NCBI RefSeq assembly: GCF_936925435.1
Contig: NZ_CAKZHQ010000043.1
Location: forward strand, 8,859 to 72,858
Length of the DNA: 64,000 nucleotides
Direction of reading: 5' to 3'
From: an uncultured Ramlibacter sp.
GTDB taxonomy: Bacteria; Pseudomonadota; Gammaproteobacteria; Burkholderiales; Burkholderiaceae_C
The notes beneath the pieces are model-generated. The model had not been told where the DNA came from and made no database searches. It saw only the letters and a program-made list of their open reading frames with translations. The position numbers and the translations under genes are program-made. Positions 11,384 through 20,436 of this stretch are shown here, piece after piece. How positions within the stretch are numbered: the stretch's first letter is position 1; each line of letters starts with the position of its first letter.

Positions 11384-12100
11384 ATGCGCCAGATCGTTCT
11401 CGACACCGAAACCACCGGCCTGTCCGCCGAAGGCGGCGACCGCATCATTGAAATCGGCTGCGTGGAGCTGTTTGCGCGCAAGCTCACCGGCAACAACAAG
11501 CATTTCTACCTGAACCCGGAGCGCGACAGCCACGAAGACGCGCTCAAGGTGCACGGCATCAGCAACGAGTTCCTGCGCGACAAGCCCAAGTTCGCGGCTG
11601 TGGTCGAGGAACTGATGGAGTACCTGCGCGGCGCCGAGATCATCATCCACAACGCCGCCTTCGACGTCAGTTTCCTGAACAAGGAACTGGAACTGGTCGG
11701 CCGGCCCGGCTTCAAGACCGTGGTGGGCAGCGTCACCGACACCCTGGTGATGGCCAAGGAGATGTACCCCGGCAAGCGCAACAGCCTGGACGCGCTGTGC
11801 GACCGGCTGGGCGTGGACAACTCCAGCCGCACCCTGCACGGCGCCTTGCTGGATGCGGAGCTGTTGGCCGACGTCTATATCAACCTCACGCGCGGCCAGG
11901 ACGCGCTGCTGATCGACGTGGCCGACACCAGCGCGGCGGCCGGCATCGCCACCCGCATCGACCTGACAGCCTTCACGCTGCCGGTGCTGCTGGCCAGCGA
12001 GCAGGAAACCACGGCCCACGAAGAGGTGCTCATGCAGTTGGACAAGGCCAGCGGCGGCAAGACGCTGTGGCGGCAGAACCCTGCTCAGCCTGTGGCATAA
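11384..12100 (+). CDS. dnaQ: DNA polymerase III epsilon subunit
   Basis: LDTETTG, HNAAFD and LHGALLDA exonuclease motifs. Confidence 0.97.
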   Translation: MRQIVLDTETTGLSAEGGDRIIEIGCVELFARKLTGNNKHFYLNPERDSHEDALKVHGISNEFLRDKPKFAAVVEELMEYLRGAEIIIHNAAFDVSFLNKELELVGRPGFKTVVGSVTDTLVMAKEMYPGKRNSLDALCDRLGVDNSSRTLHGALLDAELLADVYINLTRGQDALLIDVADTSAAAGIATRIDLTAFTLPVLLASEQETTAHEEVLMQLDKASGGKTLWRQNPAQPVA

Positions 12101-12124
12101 TTGCAGGCTTCCTGAACGAATTCA

Positions 12125-12199
12125 GGGCGATTAGCTCAGGGGTAGAGCACTGCATTCACACTGCAGGGGTCGCAAGTTCGAAACTTGCATCGCCCACCA
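12125..12199 (+). tRNA. tRNA-Val(CAC)
   Basis: Acceptor stem GGGCGAT/ATCGCCC + ACCA; D arm AGCTCAGGGGTAGAGC; anticodon stem CTGCA/TGCAG with loop TTCACAC; T loop GTTCGAA. Confidence 0.97.
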
Positions 12200-12204
12200 G
12201 ACAC

Positions 12205-12229
12205 AAAGCCGGCCTCGCGCCGGCTTTTT
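12205..12229 (+). terminator. Rho-independent terminator after the tRNA
   Basis: AAAGCCGGC-CTCGC-GCCGGCTTTTT. Confidence 0.85.
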
Positions 12230-12291
12230 GCTGTCCGGCGTCGGCCGGGTCAGGTGGCCCAGGCCCGTCTGCGCTGGGCGACAATGGCCGT

Positions 12292-13143
12292 ATGGGTTCA
12301 CAGATTCATGTTGTGCCGGGCAGCACTGCGCTCGTGCTCGACTCGCCGCACAGCGGCGTTCACTATCCCGCCGACTTCGCCCACGCCTGCGATCCGCTGC
12401 TGCTGCGCCAGGCCGAGGACACCCACGTCGAGAAGCTCTACGCCTTCGCGCCCGGCCTGGGCGTGGCCTGGATCGAGGCGCTGTTTCCGCGCAGCTATCT
12501 CGATGCCAATCGCAACACCACCGAAATCGATGCCGCGCTGTTCGACCAGACCTGGCCCGACGCCATCGAGACCGACCCCGCGGCCCTGGCCAAGGTGCGC
12601 CTGGGCAAGGGCCTGATCTGGCGCCTGACCGACGATGGCCTTCCCCTGTACGACCGCAAGCTCCGCGTCGCCGAGGTCCAAGCGCGCATCGCCAACTGCT
12701 GGCGGCCCTACCACGCGGCCGTGGCGGCCGCGATTGACGCCGCGCACGCGCGCCATGGCTACAGCATCCACCTGAACTGCCACTCCATGCCGGCCATTGC
12801 CAGCAGCCACGCCACCGGTTTTCCGGGCATGGTTCACGCCGACTTCGTCATCGGCGACCGCGACGGCAGCACGGCGGACCCGCGCCTGTCGGCCCTGGTC
12901 TGCGAGCACCTGCGCGGCCTGGGCTACAGCGTGGACTACAACCATCCCTACAAGGGCGTGGAACTGGTGCGCCGCTACGGCGAGCCGGCGCGCCAGCGCC
13001 ACAGCCTGCAGGTGGAGATCAACCGCAAGCTCTACATGGACGAGCAGACGCTGGAGATGACGGCCGGCTTCGACGCCTTGCGCACGAACCTGCGCTCCCT
13101 GGTGGAACTGCTGCTGCAAATCGATCCGCGCACTTTCGCCTGA
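12292..13143 (+). CDS. N-formylglutamate amidohydrolase
   Basis: DSPHSG, ED, D.NR, CHSM, PYKG and QVEINR motifs. Confidence 0.92.
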   Translation: MGSQIHVVPGSTALVLDSPHSGVHYPADFAHACDPLLLRQAEDTHVEKLYAFAPGLGVAWIEALFPRSYLDANRNTTEIDAALFDQTWPDAIETDPAALAKVRLGKGLIWRLTDDGLPLYDRKLRVAEVQARIANCWRPYHAAVAAAIDAAHARHGYSIHLNCHSMPAIASSHATGFPGMVHADFVIGDRDGSTADPRLSALVCEHLRGLGYSVDYNHPYKGVELVRRYGEPARQRHSLQVEINRKLYMDEQTLEMTAGFDALRTNLRSLVELLLQIDPRTFA

Positions 13144-14258
13144 TGGACCAGGTCGACGCCCTCGTCATTGGCGCCGGCGTGGTCGGCCTGGCTGTCGGCC
13201 GGGCCTTGGCCCAGGCTGGCCTGGAGACCATCGTGGCCGAGGCAGGCACGGCCATCGGCCAGGGCGTGAGCTCGCGCAACAGCGAGGTCATCCACGCCGG
13301 CCTCTACTACGCCCCCGGTTCGCTGAAAGCCCGCCTGTGCGTGCAGGGCAAGGACCTGCTCTATGCCCTGTGCGAGAGCCATGGTGTCGGCCACCGACGC
13401 TGCGGCAAGCTGGTGGTGGCGCAGAACGGCGCCGAGGTCACTGCACTGCGGGTGCTGGAGCAGCGCGCGGCCGCCAACGGCGTGCCGGTGCAATGGCTGG
13501 ATGCTGCCCAGGCACGCGCCCTGGAGCCCGACCTGCAATGCGCGGCGGCGCTGCTGTCGCCGACCACCGGCATCGTCGACAGCCACGGCTTCATGCTCGC
13601 CTTGCAAGGTGACATGGAGCGCGCCGGCGGCATGCTGGCCCTGGGGTCGGCCGTCGATTCCGCTGTGTTGGGCCGCGGCGGCGAGCCCCATGTGCTGCGG
13701 CTGGCCGATGGCAGCGAGATCGCGGCACGCGCCATCGTCAATTCGGCCTCGCTGCATGCCTGCGCGCTGGCGCGGCGCTTCCAGGGACTGGACCAACGCC
13801 ACATCCCGCAGGAATATTTCGCCAAGGGCAGCTACTACGCCTTGGCCGGCAAGGCGCCGTTCTCGCGCCTGGTTTACCCGGCGCCGGCCGATGCCTGGCT
13901 GGGCGTGCACCTGACGCTGGACCTGGGCGGCCAGGCCAAGTTCGGCCCCGACCTGGAATGGCTGGATGCGCCCGTGCCGGAGGCGATTGACTATGCGGTC
14001 GACCCGCGCCGCGCCGACAGCTTTTATGCCGAGGTGCGGCGCTACTGGCCGGCGCTGCCCGACGGGGCGCTGCAGCCCAGCTACAGCGGCGTGCGTCCCA
14101 AGATCTATGGGCCGGGCCAGAGCGCGCCGGATTTCCGCATCGACGGGCCCGCGGTGCACGGCGTCGCCGGCCTGGTCAATTTGTTCGGCATCGAGTCGCC
14201 GGGCCTGACCAGTTCCCTGGCCATCGCCGCCCTGGTTGTGAGTGAAATCGGCCTGTAA
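13143..14258 (+). CDS. FAD-dependent oxidoreductase, L-2-hydroxyglutarate oxidase (LhgO) family
   Basis: [26 protein letters not shown] and GIESPGLT motifs. Confidence 0.9.
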   Translation: MDQVDALVIGAGVVGLAVGRALAQAGLETIVAEAGTAIGQGVSSRNSEVIHAGLYYAPGSLKARLCVQGKDLLYALCESHGVGHRRCGKLVVAQNGAEVTALRVLEQRAAANGVPVQWLDAAQARALEPDLQCAAALLSPTTGIVDSHGFMLALQGDMERAGGMLALGSAVDSAVLGRGGEPHVLRLADGSEIAARAIVNSASLHACALARRFQGLDQRHIPQEYFAKGSYYALAGKAPFSRLVYPAPADAWLGVHLTLDLGGQAKFGPDLEWLDAPVPEAIDYAVDPRRADSFYAEVRRYWPALPDGALQPSYSGVRPKIYGPGQSAPDFRIDGPAVHGVAGLVNLFGIESPGLTSSLAIAALVVSEIGL

Positions 14259-14299
14259 GCCTTAGAAAATGGGCCTGGCCAGCTATCGATTTGATAGCT
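14244..14299 (+). repeat. 56-bp dispersed repeat, copy A
   Basis: Ends in hairpin AGCTATC-GATTT-GATAGCT; ungapped alignment to the other five copies; spans both convergent stop codons. Confidence 0.7.
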
Positions 14300-15329
14300 T
14301 TTGCAGGGCTTTCGCGGCTTCACCGACCAACTCGGGGCCGCGGTAGATCAGGCCTGTGTAGATCTGCACCACGTCGGCGCCGGCTTCGATCTTGCTCAGC
14401 GCATCGGCTGCGCTGAGCACGCCGCCCACGCCGATGATGGGAAAGCCCTTGCCCAGGCGCGCGCGCAGCTGGGCGATCACCCGGTTGCTCGCTAGCAGCA
14501 CCGGCGCGCCGCTCAGGCCGCCGGCTTCTTCGGCATGCGGCAGGCCCTGGACGGCATCGCGCGCGATGGTGGTGTTTGTGGCGACCACGCCGTCCATGGC
14601 GTGGCGCTGCAGCGTGGCGGCGATCACGTCGACCTGGGCCTCGTCGAGGTCGGGAGCGATCTTCACGAAGATGGGCACGCGGCGGCCGTGCTGTTGCGCC
14701 AGTTCCTCGCGCCTCTGCGCCACCGCGCCCAGCAGGGCGTCCAGCGCTTCGTCGCTTTGCAGGGCGCGCAGGTTCTTGGTGTTGGGGCTGGAGATGTTGA
14801 CTGTCACGTAGTCGGCGTGCGGATAGACGCCATCCAGGCAGGCCAGGTAGTCGCTGGTGGCGTTCTCGATGGGCGTGGCGGCGTTCTTGCCGATGTTCAG
14901 GCCCAGGATACGGCCCTTGGCGCGGAAGGACGAGCGCTGCACGTTGGCCAGGAAGGCGTCCAGGCCATCGTTGTTGAAGCCCAGCCGGTTGATCAGGGCA
15001 TTGGCCTGCGGCAGGCGGAACATGCGCGGCTTGGGATTGCCCGGCTGGGCCTTGGGCGTGACGGTGCCGACCTCGACAAAGCCGAAGCCCATGGCGCCCA
15101 GACCGTCGATGCAGCGCGCGTTCTTGTCCAGGCCGGCGGCCAGGCCGACGCGGTTGGGAAAGCGCAGGCCGGCCAGGGTGACCGGGTCGTCGACCATGGC
15201 GTTGCACCAGGCCCAGGCCAGGGGCGTGCCCTGCAGGCAGGCCAGCGACTGCATGGTCAGGTCATGGGCGGCTTCCGGGTCGAGGCCAAAAAGCAGGGGA
15301 CGGGCGAGCGAATAAGGCAGCAGGGACAT
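14283..15329 (-). CDS. pyrD: Quinone-dependent dihydroorotate dehydrogenase
   Basis: [28 protein letters not shown] and GGLSG motifs. Confidence 0.97.
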   Translation of the reverse strand: MSLLPYSLARPLLFGLDPEAAHDLTMQSLACLQGTPLAWAWCNAMVDDPVTLAGLRFPNRVGLAAGLDKNARCIDGLGAMGFGFVEVGTVTPKAQPGNPKPRMFRLPQANALINRLGFNNDGLDAFLANVQRSSFRAKGRILGLNIGKNAATPIENATSDYLACLDGVYPHADYVTVNISSPNTKNLRALQSDEALDALLGAVAQRREELAQQHGRRVPIFVKIAPDLDEAQVDVIAATLQRHAMDGVVATNTTIARDAVQGLPHAEEAGGLSGAPVLLASNRVIAQLRARLGKGFPIIGVGGVLSAADALSKIEAGADVVQIYTGLIYRGPELVGEAAKALQKLSNR

Positions 15330-15364
15330 TGGATAATTCCGTGAAACTTCCGAGATTTTCCCAG

Positions 15365-16036
15365 ATGACCCAAGACGAACTCAAAACCCTGGTCGGCCAG
15401 GCCGCCCTCCAGTACGTTGTGGCCGGCGAAATCGTCGGTGTCGGCACGGGCTCGACAGTGAACAAGTTCATTGAGGCCCTGGCCACGATGAAGGACCGTA
15501 TCCCCGGTGCGGTCTCCAGCTCGGTGGCATCCACCGAGCGGCTGCGCGCCATCGGCATCCCGGTGTTCGACGCCAACGAGGTGGGCGAGTTGTCGGTCTA
15601 CATCGACGGCGCCGACGAGATCGACGGTCGCGGCCACATGGTCAAGGGCGGCGGCGCGGCGTTGACGCGCGAGAAGATCGTGGCGGCTCAGTCACGCCGC
15701 TTCGTCTGCATCGCCGACGAGTCCAAGCTGGTGCAGGCGCTGGGCGCCTTCCCGCTGCCGGTGGAAGTGATCCCGATGGCGGCCCAGCGCATCGCGCGCC
15801 AGTTCGCGGCCCTGGGCGGCAAGGTGGCGCTGCGCCTGAAGGACGGCCAGCCGCTGGTCACCGACAACGGCCAGCACATCCTGGACGTCACCGGCCTGAG
15901 CATCAGCGAGCCGCTGTCCTTCGAGAGCGAGGTCAACCAGTGGCCTGGCGTGGTGACGGTGGGCGTCTTTGCCCACCAGAAGGCCGCCGTCTGCCTGCTG
16001 GGCACGGCTAGCGGCGTGAAGACGCTGACCTACTGA
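15365..16036 (+). CDS. rpiA: Ribose-5-phosphate isomerase A
   Basis: GVGTGST, DGADE and [11 protein letters not shown] motifs. Confidence 0.97.
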   Translation: MTQDELKTLVGQAALQYVVAGEIVGVGTGSTVNKFIEALATMKDRIPGAVSSSVASTERLRAIGIPVFDANEVGELSVYIDGADEIDGRGHMVKGGGAALTREKIVAAQSRRFVCIADESKLVQALGAFPLPVEVIPMAAQRIARQFAALGGKVALRLKDGQPLVTDNGQHILDVTGLSISEPLSFESEVNQWPGVVTVGVFAHQKAAVCLLGTASGVKTLTY

Positions 16037-16049
16037 GCCGGGCGGCGGC

Positions 16050-16715
16050 TCAGAAGCGGATGCCGGTGGGGTTGCTGGGGGAGGGGCCAGCAGCGGCCGG
16101 CGGCGCGGCCACAGGCGCCGGGGCTGGCGGCGGTGCGGCTTGCGCGGCCGGAGCTGGTGCCTGTTGCTGCACAGCCACCAGCGGCGAGGCTGCCGGCTGG
16201 CGGTAAGAGGAGGGCAGCTGCGATGTCTTGGGATAGCCCGCGGCATCCAGGAATTGCGACCACTCCACTTCCGAGTAGCCTTTGAGCTGCTGGCCGCCGA
16301 TGGTCACGAAGGGCAGGCTGGAAGCGCCGCTGAGGCGCTTGAGGGCGTCGATGTCCTCATTGCTCGCAACGAGCTTCTCGCTGAAGGGGATGCCCCGGCT
16401 GGCCAGCAGGGCCCGGCCGCTGCCGCACGGGCCGCAGTTGGGGCCGGTGTACAGGGTCACCGGGTACTTGGCGGCCACCTGGCGCAATTCGAAGGGCAGG
16501 GCGGCGGTGGCATTGCCCGATCCCGCACCCTGCATGGGCACCGTCGGTGCAGCGGCGGCGTTTTTGGCGCTGGGCTCGGGCGGCGGCTTGTCCGAAAAGG
16601 TGACGCGGCCGTCAGGCCCGGTGATGCGGTAGACCTGAGCGTGCACAGCAGGGGCCAGGATGGCGGCCATCAGGCCGGCAAGGCTGGCAGCGAGCAGGGG
16701 ACGGGTAACAGGCAT
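16050..16715 (-). CDS. Exported glutaredoxin-family protein with N-terminal DUF4124-like domain
   Basis: Signal peptide; QVYRITGPDGRVTFSDKPP; TLYT..CGPC; PFVTIGG. Confidence 0.8.
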   Translation of the reverse strand: MPVTRPLLAASLAGLMAAILAPAVHAQVYRITGPDGRVTFSDKPPPEPSAKNAAAAPTVPMQGAGSGNATAALPFELRQVAAKYPVTLYTGPNCGPCGSGRALLASRGIPFSEKLVASNEDIDALKRLSGASSLPFVTIGGQQLKGYSEVEWSQFLDAAGYPKTSQLPSSYRQPAASPLVAVQQQAPAPAAQAAPPPAPAPVAAPPAAAGPSPSNPTGIRF

Positions 16716-16755
16716 CAGCTTCCTCTCCAAGAGCGATGGGGATGGGGACAGTATC

Positions 16756-18810
16756 TCAGGCCATGCCCTGGTGGCGTAACAAGGCGTCAAGTGAAGGTTC
16801 GCGGCCGCGGAAGGCCTTGAACGACTCCATGGCGGGCCGGCTGCCGCCGGCTTCGAGGATGGCCTCGCGGTATTTTCGCCCGGTTTCGATGCTGGGCGCG
16901 CCGTCCTTGCCGGCCGCTTCCTCGAAGGCCGCATAGGCGTCAGCCGAGAGCACCTCGGCCCACTTGTAGCTGTAGTAGCCGGCGGCGTACCCGCCCGCGA
17001 AGATGTGGCTGAAGGTGTGGGCCGTGCGGCTGAAGGCCGGCGACTGCAACACCGCCACCTCGGCGCGGACCTGGGCCAGCAGCGGCATGAAGTCCTGCGC
17101 CGGGTCGTGCTCGGTGTGCAGCAGCATGTCGAACAGGGAGAACTCGATCTGGCGCAGCGTGCTCAGGCCGCTCTGGAAGTTCTTGCCCGCCGTCATCTTG
17201 TCGAACAGCTCGCGCGGCAGTGTTGCGCCCGTGTCCACATGGGCCGTCATGTGCTTGAGCACGTCCCACTCCCAGCAGAAGTTCTCCATGAACTGGCTGG
17301 GCAGTTCCACAGCGTCCCATTCGACGCCGCTGATGCCCGAGACGTCACGCTCGTTGACGCGGGTGAGCAGGTGGTGCAGGCCGTGGCCGAACTCGTGGAA
17401 CAGGGTGGTGACGTCGTCGTGCGTCAGCAGCGGCGGCTTGCCGTCCACACCGTCGGCGAAGTTGCACACCAGATGGGCGATCGGGGTTTGCAGCTTGCCG
17501 TCGTCGGGACGCAGCCAGCGGGCCCGCACGTCGTCCATCCAGGCGCCGCCACGCTTGCCGCTGCGGGCGGCCGGGTCCAGGTAGAACTGGCCGACCAGCT
17601 CGGTGCTGATGCGGTCGCCTTGCTTGCGCTCGCGCTCGATGCGGTAGAACTCCACGCCCTCGTTCCACACCGGCGCCACGTCGCGGCGGATGCTGACCTC
17701 GAACAGGGTCTCGACAATCTTGAACAGGCCCGCCAGCACCTTGGGCGCGGTGAAGTACTGCTTGACCTCCTGTTCGCTGAAGGCATAGCGCTCTTCCTTG
17801 AGCTTCTCGCCGATATAGGACCAGTCCCAGGGCTGGGGGTCGTTCAGGCCCAGCTTGTCGGCGGCAAAGGCGCGCAGGTCGGCAAGGTCCTTGAGGGCAT
17901 AGGGCCGGGCCTTGGCGGCCAGGTCGCGCAGGAAGGCGATGACCTGGGCGGGCGAGTCGGCCATCTTGGCCACGACCGAGACCTCGCCGAAGTTGTTGAA
18001 GCCCAGCAGGCGGGCCTCCTCCTGGCGCAGGGCCAGGATCTCGCGGATCAGGGCGCTGTTGTCGAATTGGGCGAACTCGGCCGGCGCCTGGTCGCTGGCG
18101 CGGGTGACGTAGGCGCGGTAGAGCTTTTCGCGCAGCGCGCTGCTGTGGGCGAACTGCATCACCGGCAGGTAGCTGGGCATCTTCAGCGTGAGCTTGTGGC
18201 CGGCCTTGTCCTCCGTCTGGGCCGCCGCGCGCGCGGCCTGCACCACATCGGCCGGCACGCCGGCGAGCTCGTCTTCGCTGGCGTAGTAGCTCCAGGCATC
18301 GGTGGCATCCAAGGCGTGCTCGCTGAACTTCTGGCTCAGTTCGGCCTGGCGCTCCTGGATGGCGGCAAAGCGTTCCTTGGCCGCGCCCGTGAGCTCGGCG
18401 CCGCCCAGCGCGAAGTTGCGCATGGCATTTTTCTGCGCCTGGCGTTGCTCGGGGTTGAGCGCGGCCGGGTCTATGGATTTGTACTTGGCGTAGAGCCGCT
18501 CGTCCGAGCCCAGGCGCGTCCAGAACTCGGTGACCTTGGGCAGGGCCTCGTTGTAGGCGGCGCGCAATTGCGGCGTGTCGGCCACGCTATTGAGGTGGCT
18601 GACCACGCCCCAGGCGCGGCCCAGCTGCTCGGTGGCGCAGTCCAACGTGCGGGCCAGGGCTTCCCACTGGGCGGGGAACTCGGGCGCCACCACCTTGTCC
18701 AGCGCCTCCTCGCTTTGCGCCAGCAGCGCATCGATGGCGGGGACCACGTGTTCGGGTCGGACCTGATCGAACAGGGGGAGGTCGGAGAAGTCGAGGAGGG
18801 GATTGCTCAT
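16756..18810 (-). CDS. prlC: Oligopeptidase A (M3 metallopeptidase)
   Basis: FHEFGHGLH, WDAVELPSQ and HIFAGGYAAGYYSY motifs. Confidence 0.95.
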   Translation of the reverse strand: MSNPLLDFSDLPLFDQVRPEHVVPAIDALLAQSEEALDKVVAPEFPAQWEALARTLDCATEQLGRAWGVVSHLNSVADTPQLRAAYNEALPKVTEFWTRLGSDERLYAKYKSIDPAALNPEQRQAQKNAMRNFALGGAELTGAAKERFAAIQERQAELSQKFSEHALDATDAWSYYASEDELAGVPADVVQAARAAAQTEDKAGHKLTLKMPSYLPVMQFAHSSALREKLYRAYVTRASDQAPAEFAQFDNSALIREILALRQEEARLLGFNNFGEVSVVAKMADSPAQVIAFLRDLAAKARPYALKDLADLRAFAADKLGLNDPQPWDWSYIGEKLKEERYAFSEQEVKQYFTAPKVLAGLFKIVETLFEVSIRRDVAPVWNEGVEFYRIERERKQGDRISTELVGQFYLDPAARSGKRGGAWMDDVRARWLRPDDGKLQTPIAHLVCNFADGVDGKPPLLTHDDVTTLFHEFGHGLHHLLTRVNERDVSGISGVEWDAVELPSQFMENFCWEWDVLKHMTAHVDTGATLPRELFDKMTAGKNFQSGLSTLRQIEFSLFDMLLHTEHDPAQDFMPLLAQVRAEVAVLQSPAFSRTAHTFSHIFAGGYAAGYYSYKWAEVLSADAYAAFEEAAGKDGAPSIETGRKYREAILEAGGSRPAMESFKAFRGREPSLDALLRHQGMA

Positions 18811-18885
18811 ATCCCTTCCATTTTGCGACAGCCGGCGCTGTTTCAACCGGGACTGGGGATCAAAGTCCCCAATCACCGCGATGCA

Positions 18886-19737
18886 TCAGGCCGATGCGCG
18901 CTCAGCAGCTTCCAGCGTGTTGACCAGCAGCATGGCGCGGGTCATGGGGCCGACGCCGCCCGGCACAGGCGTGATCCAGCCGGCCACCTGCTTGACGCCG
19001 TCGAAATCGACATCGCCGCAGAGCTTGCCTTCGTCGTTGCGGTTCATGCCCACGTCGATCACCACCGCGCCGGGCTTGACCATGTCGGCCGTCAGCACAT
19101 TGCGCTTGCCGACGGCGGCGACCACCACGTCGGCCTGCAAGGTCATGGCCTTCAAGTCCTTGGTGGCGCTGTGGCAGATGGTGACGGTGGCGTTCTGGCC
19201 CAGCAGCATCAGGGCCATGGGCTTGCCCACGATGTTGCTGCGGCCTATCACCACCGCGTGCTTGCCCTTGAGGTCGTAGCCTATGGATTCCAGCATCTTC
19301 ATGCAGCCATAGGGCGTGCAGGGCCAGAAGCCGGCTTGTCCGGTCATCAAGGCGCCGGCGCTGGCCACGTGGAAGCCGTCCACGTCCTTGGCCGGGGCAA
19401 TCGTCTCGATGACCTTGCTGGCGTCCATGTGCTTGGGCAGGGGCAGCTGCACCAGGATGCCGTGGACCTTGGGATCGGCATTGAGTTCTTCGATGCGGCG
19501 CAGCAGGTCGGCCTCGGCCATGTCGGCCGGATAGCGTTCCAGCGTGGCCGCCAGGCCTGTCTCGGTGCTGTCGTTGACCTTGTGCCTGGTGTAGACCTGG
19601 CTGGCCGGGTCCTCGCCCACCAGGATGATGGCCAGGGCGGGCTGGATGCCCTGGGCCTGGAGGGCGGCGGTGCGGCCGGCGACTTCGGCGCGGATCTGCT
19701 TGGCGAGGGCGTTGCCGTCGATGGATTGGGCTGTCAT
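18886..19737 (-). CDS. folD: Methylenetetrahydrofolate dehydrogenase/cyclohydrolase
   Basis: [28 protein letters not shown] and [10 protein letters not shown] motifs. Confidence 0.97.
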   Translation of the reverse strand: MTAQSIDGNALAKQIRAEVAGRTAALQAQGIQPALAIILVGEDPASQVYTRHKVNDSTETGLAATLERYPADMAEADLLRRIEELNADPKVHGILVQLPLPKHMDASKVIETIAPAKDVDGFHVASAGALMTGQAGFWPCTPYGCMKMLESIGYDLKGKHAVVIGRSNIVGKPMALMLLGQNATVTICHSATKDLKAMTLQADVVVAAVGKRNVLTADMVKPGAVVIDVGMNRNDEGKLCGDVDFDGVKQVAGWITPVPGGVGPMTRAMLLVNTLEAAERASA

Positions 19738-19753
19738 GGCCGTGGTCTCAGAT

Positions 19754-19809
19754 GAAAAGTGGGTGCAGCCCGCATGGTACGGGCGCAGGTTGCTATCGAA
19801 AAAGGAGCG
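19754..19809 (+). repeat. 56-bp dispersed repeat, copy B
   Basis: GAAAAGTGGGTGCAGCCC...TGCTATC-GAAAA-AGGAGCG. Confidence 0.7.
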
Positions 19810-20436
19810 TCAGGTCTTGGGCGCGTTCTGTCCCAGGGCGATCTTGAGCAGGTCGGCCACGGTGTTGGCGTTGAGCTTTTCCATGATGTTGGCGCGGTGC
19901 GCTTCCACCGTCTTGATGCTGATGCCCAGGTCGTCGGCGATCTGCTTGTTCAGGCGGCCGGCGACGATGCGCTCGAGCACCTGGGCCTCGCGCGAGGTCA
20001 GCTTGGACAGCAGGGCGTCGCGGCTGGCGGCGCTCTGGTATTCGGCGAAGGCGCCGCGGGCGTGCTCGAGCATGCGCTCGACCAGGCCGACCAGGTCGTC
20101 TTCCTTGAAGGGCTTCTGGATGAAGTCCATCGCGCCCTTCTTCATGGTGTTGACCGCCATGGGCACGTCGCCGTGGCCGGTGATGAAGACGATGGGCAGC
20201 GGCGACTTGCGCTCGATCAGCCGGTCCTGCAACTCCAGCCCGGTCATGCCGCCCATGCGGATATCGACGATCAGGCAGGCCACCTCGCGCGGGTCGTAGC
20301 GCGAGAGGAAGGATTCGGCGGAATCGAAGCAGCGGACCCGGTAGTCCTTGCCTTCCAGCAACCACTGGAGGGAGTCACGGACGGCCTCGTCGTCATCGAC
20401 GACGTAGACCGTGCCTTTCTTCGGAATCAGGCTCAT
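19810..20436 (-). CDS. FixJ-family response regulator (REC + LuxR HTH)
   Basis: VVDDD, DIRM, ITGHGDV, FIQKP and TVEAHRANIMEKL motifs. Confidence 0.93.
   Translation of the reverse strand: MSLIPKKGTVYVVDDDEAVRDSLQWLLEGKDYRVRCFDSAESFLSRYDPREVACLIVDIRMGGMTGLELQDRLIERKSPLPIVFITGHGDVPMAVNTMKKGAMDFIQKPFKEDDLVGLVERMLEHARGAFAEYQSAASRDALLSKLTSREAQVLERIVAGRLNKQIADDLGISIKTVEAHRANIMEKLNANTVADLLKIALGQNAPKT

Noticed and set aside
12125..14258. Possible genomic island at tRNA-Val
   Set aside because: No integrase, no duplicated tRNA 3' end seen, and the neighbours are ordinary metabolic genes.
18811..18885. Possible sigma32 promoter and TGGGGA-N6-TCCCCA palindrome upstream of prlC
   Set aside because: TTGAAA is present but the CCCCAT-like -10 is poor; a single palindrome is not enough support.
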